A stretch of DNA of 62,358 nt, the filler included, from Nemertoderma westbladi (lineage: Eukaryota > Animalia > Xenacoelomorpha): the NCBI GenBank assembly GCA_032718475.1. It is 3 parts of 3 records of this genome, joined end to end, with 100 filler letters (N's around TTAATTAATTAA, not from the genome) between each part and the next. Parts side by side here need not be neighbours in the genome. Positions count along the whole stretch, not along the records: positions 1 to 26,249 come from JAUCBJ010006433.1; 2 more parts are not named here. The stretch is one strand, 5' to 3'. The notes under the pieces are model-generated. The model was not told where the DNA came from. It ran no database searches and saw only the letters and a program-made list of their open reading frames with translations. A program made the position numbers and the translations under genes. This document shows, one piece after another, positions 1 to 13,278 of the stretch; position 1 is the stretch's first letter; each line of letters begins with the position of its first letter.

Positions 1-1260
1 GAGAAGAAAGGTGCGGAACCGGGCCTAGAGGAAATGTCGAACTTCCTCAATTACGAAGCGGAGTTGATCACGGACCCAGTCTACAGCGAAGATAGTCTGG
101 GGAAGGTGCCGAGGGCCGAATACAATAGGCCGAAACCAGAGCATAATGCGGCAAATGCGTTACAACCCAGGATACAAATGTCAATTGCATAAAGACGGAA
201 CCCATAAGAACATGGACTGTAAGCATTGGCAGGCATTACCCGAACAAGATCGGATAGTCTATGCTGATAAGAATGGAATTTGTCACCGATGTGTGGTAGG
301 AGGATACAGGGTTCAAGAGTGTAAGGAGACACCAGTAAGATTCGGTCAAGCCAAAGGTCAAACAATGGCGACAAGCACCATAGGAGCGAAGAGAAGGGGA
401 ATGGTACTACTCGGGTTGGTACTGGTGAGAGTAATAGGAGAGAGTGGTCGATCAGTTACCACGTTGATGCTGGTCGACAGCGGAGCAGCCTTCACATTGG
501 TGGAGAATTGGGTGGCCGAGAAGATAGGGTTACAGACGAGGCCGAGCAGGATGGCGGTAACTACTATCTCCAGCAAGGATGAGGTCCTGGAAATGAGGAC
601 GGGAAGGTGCGAAATATCAGCAATAGCACCGGGATGTGACTATGGGGCGACCATCGACCCCATTCAGGTAATAGAATCGAATCGAATCGAATCGAACATA
701 AATGCCAGGCGACCAACTACCATCGAAGTCGGGCAATACAGATTCCTGGACGAAATCGATTTCTCAATACCAGAAGTGGATGTCCGGAAGGTATCATCAT
801 AGTGGGGATGGACTGTCCGACGGCCCACGAGAGAGAACGAACAATCTTTGGAGAGGACAGACAGCGTGATCCAATGGCAGTTCTCACACCATTCGGATGG
901 ACGCTTAGCGGCCCAATCAAAACCAAGATTCCATTTAGGATGTCGGAGACATCGGGGTGCATGTTCGCGGGGACCATGAGGGAGATGGAGGATGAAGGAG
1001 CAGAGGAGCAGCTCAAGAGGCTGTTAAGACAGGACTTCGAAGGATTAAAGGAGGCCGGGGTCGGAACGTCGGTAGAGGATAAACAAGCAATGGAAAGTGT
1101 GAACGAGTCGATGAGGTGCGACGAGGGACGGTACACCATAGGCATGGTATGGAAACAACCGAAATTACCGTTGCCTGACAACAAGAGGATGGTACTCACG
1201 AGGCTTCGCAAACTGAAGCAAACGCTCAAACGGAGCCCCGAGAAGGATGAGTACATCATC
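1..1260 (+). mobile_element. BEL/Pao LTR retrotransposon fragment: Gag C-terminus, aspartic protease, pre-RT linker (frameshifted)
   Basis: Gag knuckles CQLHKDGTHKNMDC and CHRCVVGGYRVQEC; protease LVDSGA and GMDCP..P.AVLTPFGWTLSGP; BEL-typical pre-RT segment GRYTIGMVWK..LPDNKRMVLTRLRKLKQTLKRSPE. Confidence 0.9.
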
Positions 1261-3431
1261 CATAGGACAATAAAGAAGTATGCTGGGAGAGACAGTGTAG
1301 GGGATAGGATAGCGCGAATGCCGGGTTTAAACCCAGAGGTCACAGCTTACATACCGGTGAGTAGGCAGGAACCTGCTAGGCCTATACCGCTACCTGCACA
1401 CCAGTATGACTATGATATGGATGGATATAACATAAACCCAGTGGAAGGGGGGGGGGGGGGGGGTATTGCAGATAAGTGTATGGGCCCCAATATAATGACA
1501 TCTAACCCATTGCAGAATATAACACCGGTGGGGGGGGGGGGGGGGGCAGGGTGACATTCTCTCATCACTGTATCCGCAATACGGGCAACAAAATAAAATA
1601 AAGATTGCAACACCCTGAGTTCCAAACAAGTCGTGCGACACCGAGATATGGAGGGGACCATTGCCCCCAATGTTATATCCAACCCAAGGAAATTCAACGA
1701 ACCCAAAAGGTGAATCACAGTCAGCATGTAAAGAACCTGCATCCATACTGTTGAGCGCACTGGAAATTCAGGCAATGGGAATGGCAACACTCATCAATGC
1801 GCTAAAAACTAGGATAGAGCTACCACCTGTGGAGACATTTAAGTTTGATGGTAGCAAGCCGGAAGAATATATACAGTTCTGGAGGATGCATAGCAACGAG
1901 ATTCTCACAAAGAATCTCATGCAGGCGGATTGACTGTACATGGGGGCCAGCCTATGATATTGTGAGGCATTATCAGGGAATCGAAGGAGGATTTACAACA
2001 GCATGGAGAGCCCTGGATAGGGAATTTGGCCATCCGGCGAAGATTATCCGACAAACCTTAAGGAGAATACCATCAGGCGTACTCGCGGATAACCCTGTTA
2101 GTATCAAAGCCTTTGCCAACAAAGTAGAGAAGGCATTGATAGTTTTAAAGATGCTAGAAGCACCATACGAACTTAATTCTTCAAATAACATCATGACCAT
2201 AGCGCAGGCACTACCGATATGGTTAAGGAATAAATGGAGAAAGATTGCTTTCTCCACTCGGGAAAAGAAGGGTACCGAGCCGGGGTTGGAAGAGATGTCG
2301 AACTTCCTTAACTACAAAGCCAAATTAATAACGGATCCAGTGTACAGCAAGGAGAGTCTTCATAAGGCGCTGAAACCGGAACACAGCTAACCTAAACTGG
2401 AACACAGTGCTGCAGATGCACTTCCGAGGATGAGGCAATCATTGCCATATGCAACCATGCAGTTGACTACAAGTCCACAGAACAACTGTGGTGGCAATAG
2501 AGGAAACAACACCTCTGATACGGGTATATGCAACCAAAACAATAAACCATCTGAGTCGGACCTGGACGAAATACGCGAGACACTATACAGAGAGAGTTGT
2601 AATCCAAATCACAGGTGTCAGCTACATAGAAATGGGATGCATAAGACCATTGATTGCAACCAGTGGCAGGCATTGCTGAAAGAAGATCGATTAGCCTATA
2701 CAGGGAGATTTGGATTATGCCACAGATGCGTGGTGGGAGGACATAGGAAGAATAGGTGTCGACAACATCCACCAAGGTATGCTGAGACCAATGAGACTGG
2801 AGGCTAAACAATGGCAGCAAGTATGACTGGAAGATCTAAGAAGCAAGGAACAGTGTTACTGGGAGTGGTGCCAGTAAACATAATGGGAGAGAAATGACGA
2901 TTGGTATCTACACTGATGTTGATCGACAGTGGGACAGCATTCACGTCGACGGAAAGCTGGGTAGCAGATAGGTTACAATTAAAGACGAGGTCGAGTAAGA
3001 TGGTGGTTACCACCATATCCGCCAAGGATGAAATTATGCTGATGAGAACAGGAAGGTGTCAGATATGGGCTATAACTCCCGATTCCAACTACGGAGCGAC
3101 TATAGACCCTATATGTATTACTCAATCAATAAATATCAATGCCAGGCGGCCAACAAAGATCGAAGTCAAGCAATATCGGCACCTGGACTCGATTGACCTG
3201 TTGACACCAGACCTCGATGTACCGAAAGTGGCTCTGATAGTCGGGATGGATTGCCCGACAGCCCATGAGAGGCTAGAAACAATATTTGGGGGGGGGGGGG
3301 ACAAGGAGCGAGACCCAGTGGCGATCCTAACACCATTTGGATGGACGCTTACTGGGACTATTAAATCCAGCATTCCATTTACACTCCTGAAACATCTAGA
3401 TGCATGCTGTCTGGTACCATTGAGGAAATAG
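1261..3431 (+). mobile_element. Second, tandem BEL/Pao gag-protease copy (pseudogenised)
   Basis: IELPPVETFKFDG and AWRALDREFGHPAKII (DUF1759-type Gag), knuckles, LIDSGT protease; stops and frameshifts; paralogous to 12590-14770. Confidence 0.9.
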
Positions 3432-3489
3432 AGCAGAAGCCTAACATGGGTGATGGGGAGATCCCATATGTGAAGTGGCCCGGGGAAGG

Positions 3490-3828
3490 ATATCAGGATG
3501 AATCATCACATAGTGACCAAGGATGTATTGAGGACAGTGCTGGCGAAGTGTGAGGGATGTGTGAGGGATGATGCATCCAGAATCGCTGGATGTTCTAACA
3601 CTAGCACACCTATTAATGGAGAGACCAACGACAATCGACATGTGAAACATTGACCCAGACGATATAAATTCGCGTCAGAGCTAGAAGGTGGCTAAAGCGA
3701 TAAGTGCAGAATATTTGAAAAGGTGGATCCAAGATTACCTGCCAACGCTGCACAAGAGAAGCAAGTGGAGGAATGATCATAGGGAGCTCAGGAAGTGTGA
3801 CTTGATAATCGTTACAGATGACACAATT
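3490..3828 (+). mobile_element. BEL/Pao integrase remnants: Zn-finger half and C-terminal DUF5641-like region, DDE core missing
   Basis: HHIV..VLRTVLAKCEGCVR, then PESLDVLTLAHLLMERP (LTPxHLL motif), then EYLKRWIQDYLPTLHKRSKWR..L.KCDLIIVTDD, cut off by LTR-A. Confidence 0.8.
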
Positions 3829-4884
3829 TGTAAAAGCTTTTGCAGACATAACAAGTCATTTTATGCAATGCGCTGAATACTCGAAAAAGGTCTAGAATCG
3901 TTCAGCTACGCGTCTGTCAGATAATATACTGAGATGACGAAATCTGTCAGCTGATTCTTTGTGTACGTGGAGGTTTCTTTGTTTGGACATATTTTTAGCC
4001 AATCAGAGCAACCTTCCCTGTTATGCCAATAGAGCCCTATAGAAAATGGCGTAATGCGGCAGTATTTCTGAGAATCCTATTCCATTCTGGATTCAGTCAG
4101 AAGTTCAGACGTTTCAGACTTTGCCCAAGAACATCTGATGGCTAGAGTTATAAGAACGCAAATCTATTAACTTAAAATAACAAGTAACTTTTTTCACATA
4201 ATATCACTGCATACACATACTGACTGTTCACCACACTGTCTTAATGCTGTTTTATATTGTTGTTAATTGCTGTTTATATTTATTGGAGAATACTAATAAA
4301 TAATCGTAAACCCCTCAACTTTCTTAATTACTGAGGTAAGCAGAAGGGTAGCAACTGCGACTCAAATTACAGTGGTTTTTGTGTGAATTAAATGCTATTT
4401 CATAATCCCTATGTGTGTCAGTTGCAATCCTCCTTAAATATGATAAAAATCAGTGACTGTCGGCAAATTATTATGAATTAGTGTGAATTAGTGTAAAGTA
4501 GTGTGAAGGTTAATAAAGCATTTCCTAAAGAATGCGCTATTTGCGAGATACTTTAGCCTCCAGTTGTGATTAGTGTAAGTCATAGCTCTTTTTATACTTA
4601 AAGCGCCATGTCCCAAAGGAACTGTTAATATTTCCCCGAAAGTAAATATATCGGATATTATATAGTAGCGATCAATTGAATGATACAAAGTAGCCTACAC
4701 TGCAATAACTTTCTCTGGACCCAAATTCAGTCTCCCACACAGTGGGTCATACACTGCGAACGGGCTGGCTTCGGCAGATGTAAACTCGGTACACCAGGTA
4801 ATTGGTAAGGGCAAAAGTCGATTTATAATTAAAAGGACATTTAAATTGGCAAGTTAAACTGCTAAAGGTCTAAAAGCGCGAACA
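3829..4884 (+). repeat. LTR family A, copy 1
   Basis: TGTAAAAGCTTTT...GCGCGAACA (TG..CA); colinear with 8601-9512 and the reverse complement of 45575-46697. Confidence 0.9.
3997..4156 (+). promoter_or_regulatory. Candidate LTR-A promoter (CCAAT box and TATA-like)
   Basis: AGCCAATCAG near 3997 and GTTATAAGAA near 4147; both retained in the copy at about 8769 and 8886. Confidence 0.45.
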
Positions 4885-7238
4885 TTAATAGATTTAGTTT
4901 CTTTTATTGCTCAGTAGGCAATAAACCCAAAACGTACAGGTCGGACGGTAAACTGTAGGCCTAGCCGAACCGGTACTTACAGTATTAATTCGATTGTGAT
5001 AATTATATACCGGTAGGTCTTAATATTTAATCGGGGACTGCAGCCCTGGTTTTTTATTAGGATTTTACTTATTTCTGTTGGCTTATTTATCTGTAAGTGT
5101 AATATTGAGCAGAAGGTGTGTAAGTCTGTTCAGATTGTAAAAATAACTTGTAGGCCGGATTGCTGTCTGATTGTTGTTAGGTCTGAGGCGATTACAGCGT
5201 ATGTACGGTGTTTGTCTGATAAAGTGCTAGTTAGGAAGTGGAGGCATCCAGTGCTATAAGGTAAACCCTCCGCGAAGGAATAAGTCGTACTACGTAGTCT
5301 AGAACGCTTACTAACTAACCATTTCGGAGATTGCCTATACTGTGGTTTATTTAGGCTTGATGGTAGTCTGCCAGCATTTGGTCTGTATTTTATTTGAATA
5401 GTCTGTGCGGGTAGCGTAATATTTATTATTCAGAGTTTATGCAAGTAATTTGCAACCTTCATATCCCCAAGTTTATTCCTTACAGTAATTATATGCTTGT
5501 TATGCATACTGTTATAGTTAAATTAACCCTGGTACTACTTCAGGACTGCTTGGCGTAGGACAGACTGGTGATTTAGTGCTCCGGTCACTCCAGCAGATAC
5601 CGTTGTTCTTTTGGCTGTTCATGTATATTTAACTGCAAGTTATATGTTGTATAAGTGCTAGTACCTAATCGCTAGCTTTGCATAATGTCACCATAGTAAC
5701 AACCACGCTAGAATTCGAAGTGAGTTAAAATAACAATAGAAAGCTTACCCCATTTAATAGCATGCGTAATAAATAGCACCCTGATAGTATCTAAGGATAC
5801 ATAATAATAACGTGGCATTATGGAAGGCATCTGACTAACGGACAAATGGCCCTAATTTGTACAAATTGTGGCAGGAATGTGGAATTTGTGTATTTATAGG
5901 TGAAAGTTACTACTAAAGTATGTTTACAGTAGTGAGTCGCAATTATGAAAGTTACCCTACATCTGTATCAAGTACCTCCAGTATATTCGAGCCCTTGGGA
6001 CGGACAGTGGAGTGACTCGCGCTGGTTATTGTTGTCGTTGTGTGGCTACTATGTTGGCGAGGGGCACAGCGACAACAGTACATCAGCGCTGAGAATCTCA
6101 GGGCTGTCCAGGGGCAAAGGATGGGTGAAGGCAGCAACGCCCGCTAGCCTTATTAGCTATAATATCGATAAACTAATACAGCAGCTATGACTGATTTGAT
6201 AGAAGATGATCTTGGTATCAGGGACTGATATACCCTACCACTGCAAGCGTTTGTTGATAGTTTGATAAGCAGCGACGCGAGTCAACACACGACAGAAAAC
6301 GATGGCCGTTATATCGAACCGCCAATGTCAAAGGAACAGCTCAAGCATGAATTGGACTATAGAAAATATTGCTATACGCATCGTAATGGTACGTATATAG
6401 ACATCTTAACTACTGGTCATCCTATCGATTTACACGATACTGATGATGTAGACACCGAAAGGGATATGATTTTATTTAAATATCATGCCCAGCGAAGTCG
6501 GAATGATAAACTGAGAATTGAACATGAAAATTCTATTCGAATCCAACTCGAAAGAGAGAATGTGGAAAAATGTTTTAAAGACAAGTGGAGGAAAATCAGC
6601 TGGAGAAAAAACATACATTAATACCAAGGGTCCATAATGTGAATAGTTTTCCCCGGGGCGTGGGTGCTCGTGGGCAGTCTCCTTCGGGAGGCTGTAACTT
6701 CCTCTTACCTCATCATCTTCCTGCAATTCGTCAGTGTCAGTGATCAGTGTCACAATAAAAGCGTAGTAATGACTAATGACGCGAAAGGAAACTTGTCCAT
6801 TGTGGTATCTTATCGATACTACCCTCCATATCCTTCCCCCTTCCTACCACTACTCTCCCTCTATCCATCGCAATCGAGGATACAAGATGTTGATAGAGAA
6901 CCCCTCTTCCTCCCATCTTCTCTACCCAACGCACTTGGAGCTTCCTGGAGAATATCGACCAATCATAGTCGTATCGTGGTATTAATAATACCATCCCTTA
7001 TGAAACCTCCCCACTCCTTTACTGTTTATCTGGATGCTTATATTGGTGTCCATACCTCCTATCCATGTATCACCGTTTTGATATTTGCTAAGTCGGCCTC
7101 TGTCTCTTTTCGTTGATTGGATAATCAACTAACTACCATTTCCCCTAACCACAGCCATTGGTTGCTGTAAGGACACAATGTGAGAGGACACAATAATCTT
7201 TTGTGAACAACCAGTACCATTACGTGTCATAAATCTGG

Positions 7239-8530
7239 TTGTTCACATTCTTAGTGCTTGGAACTAAACTCGCTAAGTTAGATGGACATAATAAATTCAT
7301 CCGATTTGAATGCTTTAGGCGCTTTCTGACTCCGTTCCGCAATGTGGATAGTCAGTTCAAAGACTGCGCTTTAACCAAGCTCAGCTTAAGAGACTCAGCG
7401 GCTGAGAAGTTGGACAGCGCTGGATTTGCCATTTTTAAGGATGTTTGTATACAGAACCTACATTCGTCTGTCATACAAAGACCCCGAATTCCCACAGGTT
7501 ATTCTATTGTGGAAGTTCAAACAGTGGGTTCACTTGAGGAAACAGCTACACCTACCTCAGCTATGCAATTGGAAGACGAACCAATTTGCTTGGAGTCAAT
7601 GCCGATTATATTTCTAGGAAACGTTGCCGATTATGTGCATCACAAGATCACTTTACCCCGGTGGACTCCAGCGTACCCTGCTCCTACTTTAAAGATCAAC
7701 CTGCTATGGAGATTTATTGTGCGTATTGTAGACTCAATAATCTATACATCTTCGCAGTCTGTCCTCAATTTATGACTCAATGTCATCATTGTCAGTTTAA
7801 AGGACACGCAAGTTTCGATTGCCCTTTCAACCGAGATCTAGAAAGCGTAGACGAAATGGTTGCCCTGCGTTACATCAGAGCTTGGGAAGCTAACGCTGAT
7901 CTCCATTGCGAATCACGTCATTGATACTATCCCGGACGTGCCTATGAAGGAGTCTATGCGTTTCACCCATATCTCTTTGCTTCCGTTGAGCAAAAATCTC
8001 GCACTCCTAGCTATGAGCTGATGAAGCGTGTTGGCGAGAATATTTCAACTAAGTGTGTTCGCAAGTATCTTAGGAATATTAATCCTAATAACCTGAATTC
8101 CTATAACTTGATCAACTTCATCCGTCAAGATCCGGAATACGGTGACTTGTTCATAGACGATAGACGACCATATGAATATAAAGCCAGAGAACGCGAGTTG
8201 GAAAGAACCATCAAACCGAGGAAATTTCTCACTACTCACGGTCAACCTACCGCTATCATGCAAACGACCCATCAGGGACCAGTGAGAGCTGCTGTCCTGA
8301 AACGCGCTCTAAAGGTTGTTTGACCTCATTCCACTGAGGTTGATATTGATCAACCGGGTACCTCGACCGGCGGATACACCGACCGTAATCCGAAACCTTC
8401 CGATGCAATTGTAATGCACCCCTCACCCAGGAGTTATAGCCCTCCTAGTAAAGTGGCTCGCCCCAAAGAGAAAAAGACTCTTACTAGCCTCAAAAAACTT
8501 CGTAAACGCCATTCACGAAAGAAGGACTAA
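7239..8530 (+). pseudogene. Triple zinc-knuckle accessory ORF of LTR family A (probable frameshift near 7600, two in-frame TGA)
   Basis: CRLCASQDH..C, CAYCRLNN..VCP, CHHCQFKGHASFDC; frame 7586-8530 is continuous apart from TGA at 7922 and 8321; basic tail KKLRKRHSRKKD; aligns by eye to 19082-19945. Confidence 0.75.
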
Positions 8531-8600
8531 AAGTATTTTTGTATTTTAGAAACTGTGATTTTTATATTTTATAGACTTAAATCCCATTTTCTGGGAGCGG

Positions 8601-9512
8601 TGTAAAAGCTTTTGCGGACATAACAAGTCATTTTTACGCAAAGCGCAGAATACTCTAAAATAGCCCTAAAATTATTCAACTAAGCGTCAGAAAGGAATTA
8701 GAACCAAGATGACGAAATCTGTCAGCTGATTCTTTGTGTACGTGGAAGTTCTTTGTTCTGTCTTATTCAGCCAATCAGAGCAATTTTCACTTTACGGCTA
8801 ACAGAAACCTATCTAAGAAACTCGCGCAATGCATTATGGTCTTTATTTACTATTTTCTGAGAATCAGGAACATCTGATGGCCTTGGTTATAAGAACGTAA
8901 ATCTATTACATTTCTCATTGCTCATAACATTTCATATCACTGCATAACACTGCATTTTGACTCATTTCACCGCACTATTTTACTTCTGTTTTGTATAATA
9001 TTAATTGTTGTTATATTAATGGATGTTGATGTTATATTTGGAGAATAGCGATAAATGATCATAAACCCCTCAATCTTATTGATTACTGAGGTAAGAGGAA
9101 CAGAGTCTACCAGTAGCAACTGCGACTTAAATTATAGTGGTTTTGTGTGAATTAAATGCTATTTCATAACTCTGTGGCCATCTAGTTGTGATTAGTATAA
9201 GTCATAACTCTGTTTTTATACTTAAAGCGCCATGTCCTAAAGGAACTGTTAATATTTCCTCGAAAGTAAATATAGTTGTCAGAAATTATATAGTAGCGAT
9301 CAATCTAATAATACAGTAGGTCTACACTGCAATACTTCCCAAGGAATCCGAATCCAGTCTCCCACACCGTGGGTCATACGCCGCGCACAGACTGGCTTCG
9401 GCAGATGTAACTTCAGTACACCAGGTAATTGGTAAGGGCTAAAGTCGATTTATAAACAAGAGGACAACTAAAATTGGCAGGTTAAACTGCTAAAGGTCTG
9501 AAAGCGCGAACA
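8601..9512 (+). repeat. LTR family A, copy 2 (3' LTR)
   Basis: TG..CA termini, preceded by the purine-rich tract GGGAGCGG; similar to 3829-4884 with indels. Confidence 0.9.
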
Positions 9513-11389
9513 CAGGGAGTGCCAAGGTGACAAGTAGTATATTAGCCAATAGTGGGGAGGGAAGCACGTGATAGGGAACAGAAAAGCATCCATTGGGTAG
9601 AGGGCCAAAGTAGAGTAAGAGGTGAACCAATATTCAATGTATTAATCATATATTATCTCACATTAAGGGTTTACCGGTCAGTTGTGTTATTCAGTTTAGA
9701 TAGGGCAGACCAGTCACAGTTATTGACTGCCACCGGCATACCGGTAACAATTTATCTGTATTTCTGCTTTCAATCTTATATTGTGCTATTGCCGCATATA
9801 TTAACTAATATCAAAGATAACAGGAACTTTTACTGTTTACTGTTTTCCCAGTCGGCTTCGGCCAAAGCCAGTAGCATGATCCCCACCAGAACGGTGACAC
9901 GTACTTTAACAACCTGGTCAGGATCTCTGATCCCGTCACAGTCAATAAATGCACCAACTGCCATCGATACTGTGACTGCAGCAAAAGAAGATGAGCGATA
10001 GAGAGCCCCGATTATCTGAGGGAGAGAGGACGCCGCCGCGGACCCCGGACGATACCAACCAAATGATCCGTGAGGCCGCGACGAGATGGTATGGGCCTGC
10101 CACGCCGGATTCGCCAACGAGGGACGATCTGGCTGCCCAAGCAGAGGGCGGCCTTCAACCATGAGAGGGAAACGAGTCGACGCACAATGGCGGTCGGAGT
10201 ACCGAAGTCGCCGGCCAGCCACAGGCTGAGGGCGACGGACGGCGACGGTGGAGCCGCCGGTACGATGCCGGATGAGGAGAGGAGGGGGAGTCGGCGAAGA
10301 GGACGTCGGGATGAGTGATCGGCTATGATGGGCCTACAACGCGACCAAGAAGATAATGAAGGAGGCCAGAGAAGGGGGAAAGGTAGACCAGCCTAAATTA
10401 CATCAGAAGCTATATGAGTCGAATAAACCATTTCGATATTTAGTCCATTTTGGACAGGGAGAACTGGCGAGTGAGAGAGTGAGGGGGGTCGCCACAGAAC
10501 TCTCTGAATTGTGGCGATCCAGGGTAATGGAGCCTGAAGTAGTGTACGTAGGGCCTTACTTAGTGGATGCTAGGGGAATTAAGTTAGTGGCTTGGGCGGA
10601 TCCGCACGACGGCGAACCCGAGGTTAACCCCGAGGATTCGCTGTCGTCGGTCAGTGAGAACCCCAGAAAGCGGGGGAAAGTTAGTAGAACAGAGAGGCGA
10701 CGGGAGTCCATCGCGACCGATAAGTCCGCTACATCCTCTGCAAAAGCAAGAAGGGTGTTAGAGATAGATCTGGCGTGTCAACTAGACATGGTGGCGCTGG
10801 ATCAAAAAGAGTTGGAGAGGCAGCTGGACGAAGGTACCGCGTTATTAGAAAAAGAGAGAGAGATAGCGAGGGAATGTAGAGAGAGGGCCGAGAGGGTGGT
10901 GAGAAACTGTATGGAGCGGGAGGAGAGAGAGATAAACGAGCGCAAAGAGCGAGAGACAAGAGAAATGAATGAGCGCAGAGAGCGGGAGGCGAGAGAGGCA
11001 GAATAGCCAACCAAATTTTGCGGGAGAATATGAGAGAGAGAGCGGAAAGCGTATGCCGGATGATATGCATGCCCGGTTAAGGGGGCTTATGCATACCAGG
11101 CAAATTAGAACTGCGCCGATTAGAACTGGCGCAGTTGGGATTATCAGAGAGTGAGGCCTGTTCGGGTAGTATTTACGAGGAGCCAAAAGTAATGGAAACA
11201 TTTGTTAATACCCCACTTACAGGTACTGGACGACAGACCCAGGACTGGTGTAATCGTACGGGCGGGGGGTTTATAATAATACGTTAGAAGGAGTTAATAT
11301 TAATAGTACCGTAGTGGACAATCCTAATCAAACTTTTGTTGCAGGAAATAATATTTTACCCGGTAGTAATAATTTTAATTCAAACATAC

Positions 11390-11830
11390 AAAATAATCCA
11401 AATAATATTAATTACATCAAATGAACAAAATAACCCAAATAATTCTAATTTAAATATACAAAATAATTCAAGTAACAATTTCAATTTAAACGAACAAAAT
11501 AACCCAAATAATTCTAATTTTAATATGCAAAATAATCCCAATAATAATCCTGATTCCGAACGAAATAATTCAAATAATTTAAATAACCTAAACAACAATA
11601 ATATTGATAACGGCGCTATTAATACGAATGCAGGAGACATAGGTGGTCCAACCAGCGAGAGCCTGCAAGGCCACATAGTTATGCAGAGAGTAGCAGAGGT
11701 GAGTCACCCCGACGGGAGCCTGCAAGGCCACGTAGTTAGGCAGGGAGCAGCGGGGCTGAGTCAACCCGATGGGAGCCTGCAAGGCCACGCAGTTGTACAG
11801 GGAGAGGCAGGGCTGAGTAGACCCAGCCGC
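11390..11830 (+). repeat. Coding-type tandem repeats in the gag region (Asn-rich units, then three 60-bp SLQGH units)
   Basis: NEQNNPNNSN repeats; GAGCCTGCAAGGCCAC at about 11658, 11716 and 11774. Confidence 0.75.
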
Positions 11831-13278
11831 AGTAGAGACAATGCATCGACTAGAGAGGGGCATAGAAGCGAAGTAGGGGGTAGTGAAGTATGAGGTGGCG
11901 AATAGGGGGGGGGGGGGGGGGCTATGGGTACCCCACCACGAGAGATTAGCGGCGAGAGGGGGGGGGGGGGGAAGAATGTCCCGCAAGCATCGGCGGATAA
12001 TGCGCGGGGCGAGTTAGGTGAACCGCAGCCCCCAACGACGGAGAATAGTAGGAAGATTGCGAGTATCCCCAGGAGCGTCCAACCAGCTAGAGAGAGAGAG
12101 GTTGGCGTCATGAGCGGGCGAGCGATGAGACATCAAGACCAGTCGGAAGATGGAAGAAGAACAGTGGAGTTTAACCGGGAGGTCGAAGAGGGATCTCATT
12201 AGTGGGAGCGCTACACTGAAGAGGGAAGAAGTGAAGAGAATAGAAGAAGCATTGCTACGAGCAACCGGAGAGCGAGGACGGACAGCGAACCGTTGGTAGT
12301 AGAAATGGAGTTGGAGAATCAGTGGGGTCGAACTCCGGGAGATTGCCGTCGCCCTGGAGAGGACTTGCAGCCTGGCGAGATGTACCATACGCCGGGAGAA
12401 GGGTACAGGATATACTGGCACGAGGACGAGGACAGGAGAGGGGATCGAAGAGAAGCCTACGGGATTTAGCTGCCGATCGAGAGTACGGTGGTCGCGGGGA
12501 GGACTTCTTGAATATTCAAGAAGATTAAACTTCGGTCCGGAAGGACACAGGCAGACTGCAGGACATACTGTAGGCCTTACTGCACATTCTATAGGCCATG
12601 CTGGGAGAGATAGTGTAGGCGATAGGGTAGCGTGGACGACGGGATTAGATCCAGAAGTCGCGGCATACAGACCGGTAGGTAGTCATGAAGTGGATAGGCC
12701 TAAACCGGTACCTGCACACCAGTATGACTATAATATGCAGGGATATAACATATACCCAGGGGAGGGGGGAGTTATTGCCGATAGGTGTGTGGGCCCCAAT
12801 ATATTAACATCAACCCCAGTACCAAATATAACACCAGTGGGAGGGGGGACAGGGTGACATTCCCCCATTACAATATCAGCAATACACTCAGCCGAGAATA
12901 ATAACACCGAACCCCTTGGACCAGAACAGATCGTGTGATATGGAGATATGGAGGGGGCCGTTACCCCCAATGATATATCCAACACAGAAAAAATCAACAG
13001 GCCCAATGGGCGGACTGCACCCAACAACAGGAGAGTCTGTACAGCATCCGTCGAACCCATTGGAAGCACGGGAGATGGGTATGGCAACACTCATTGATGC
13101 GCTCAAGACCAGGATCGAGCTACCACCAGTTGAGCCATTTAAATTCGACGGAAGCAGACTGGAAGAATACCAGCAATTATGACGCATGTACAGCAATGAA
13201 ATATTAACTAAAAATCTGACGTAGGCGGAGTGCCTAAAATATTTACAAGTCTACACAGGGGACCCAGCGTACGATATC

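Noticed and set aside
1448-1546. Gly/Pro-rich peptides from poly-G runs (also 11905-11970, 61915-61948)
   Set aside because: Homopolymer runs of unreliable length; the paralogous gag copy has shorter, interrupted runs
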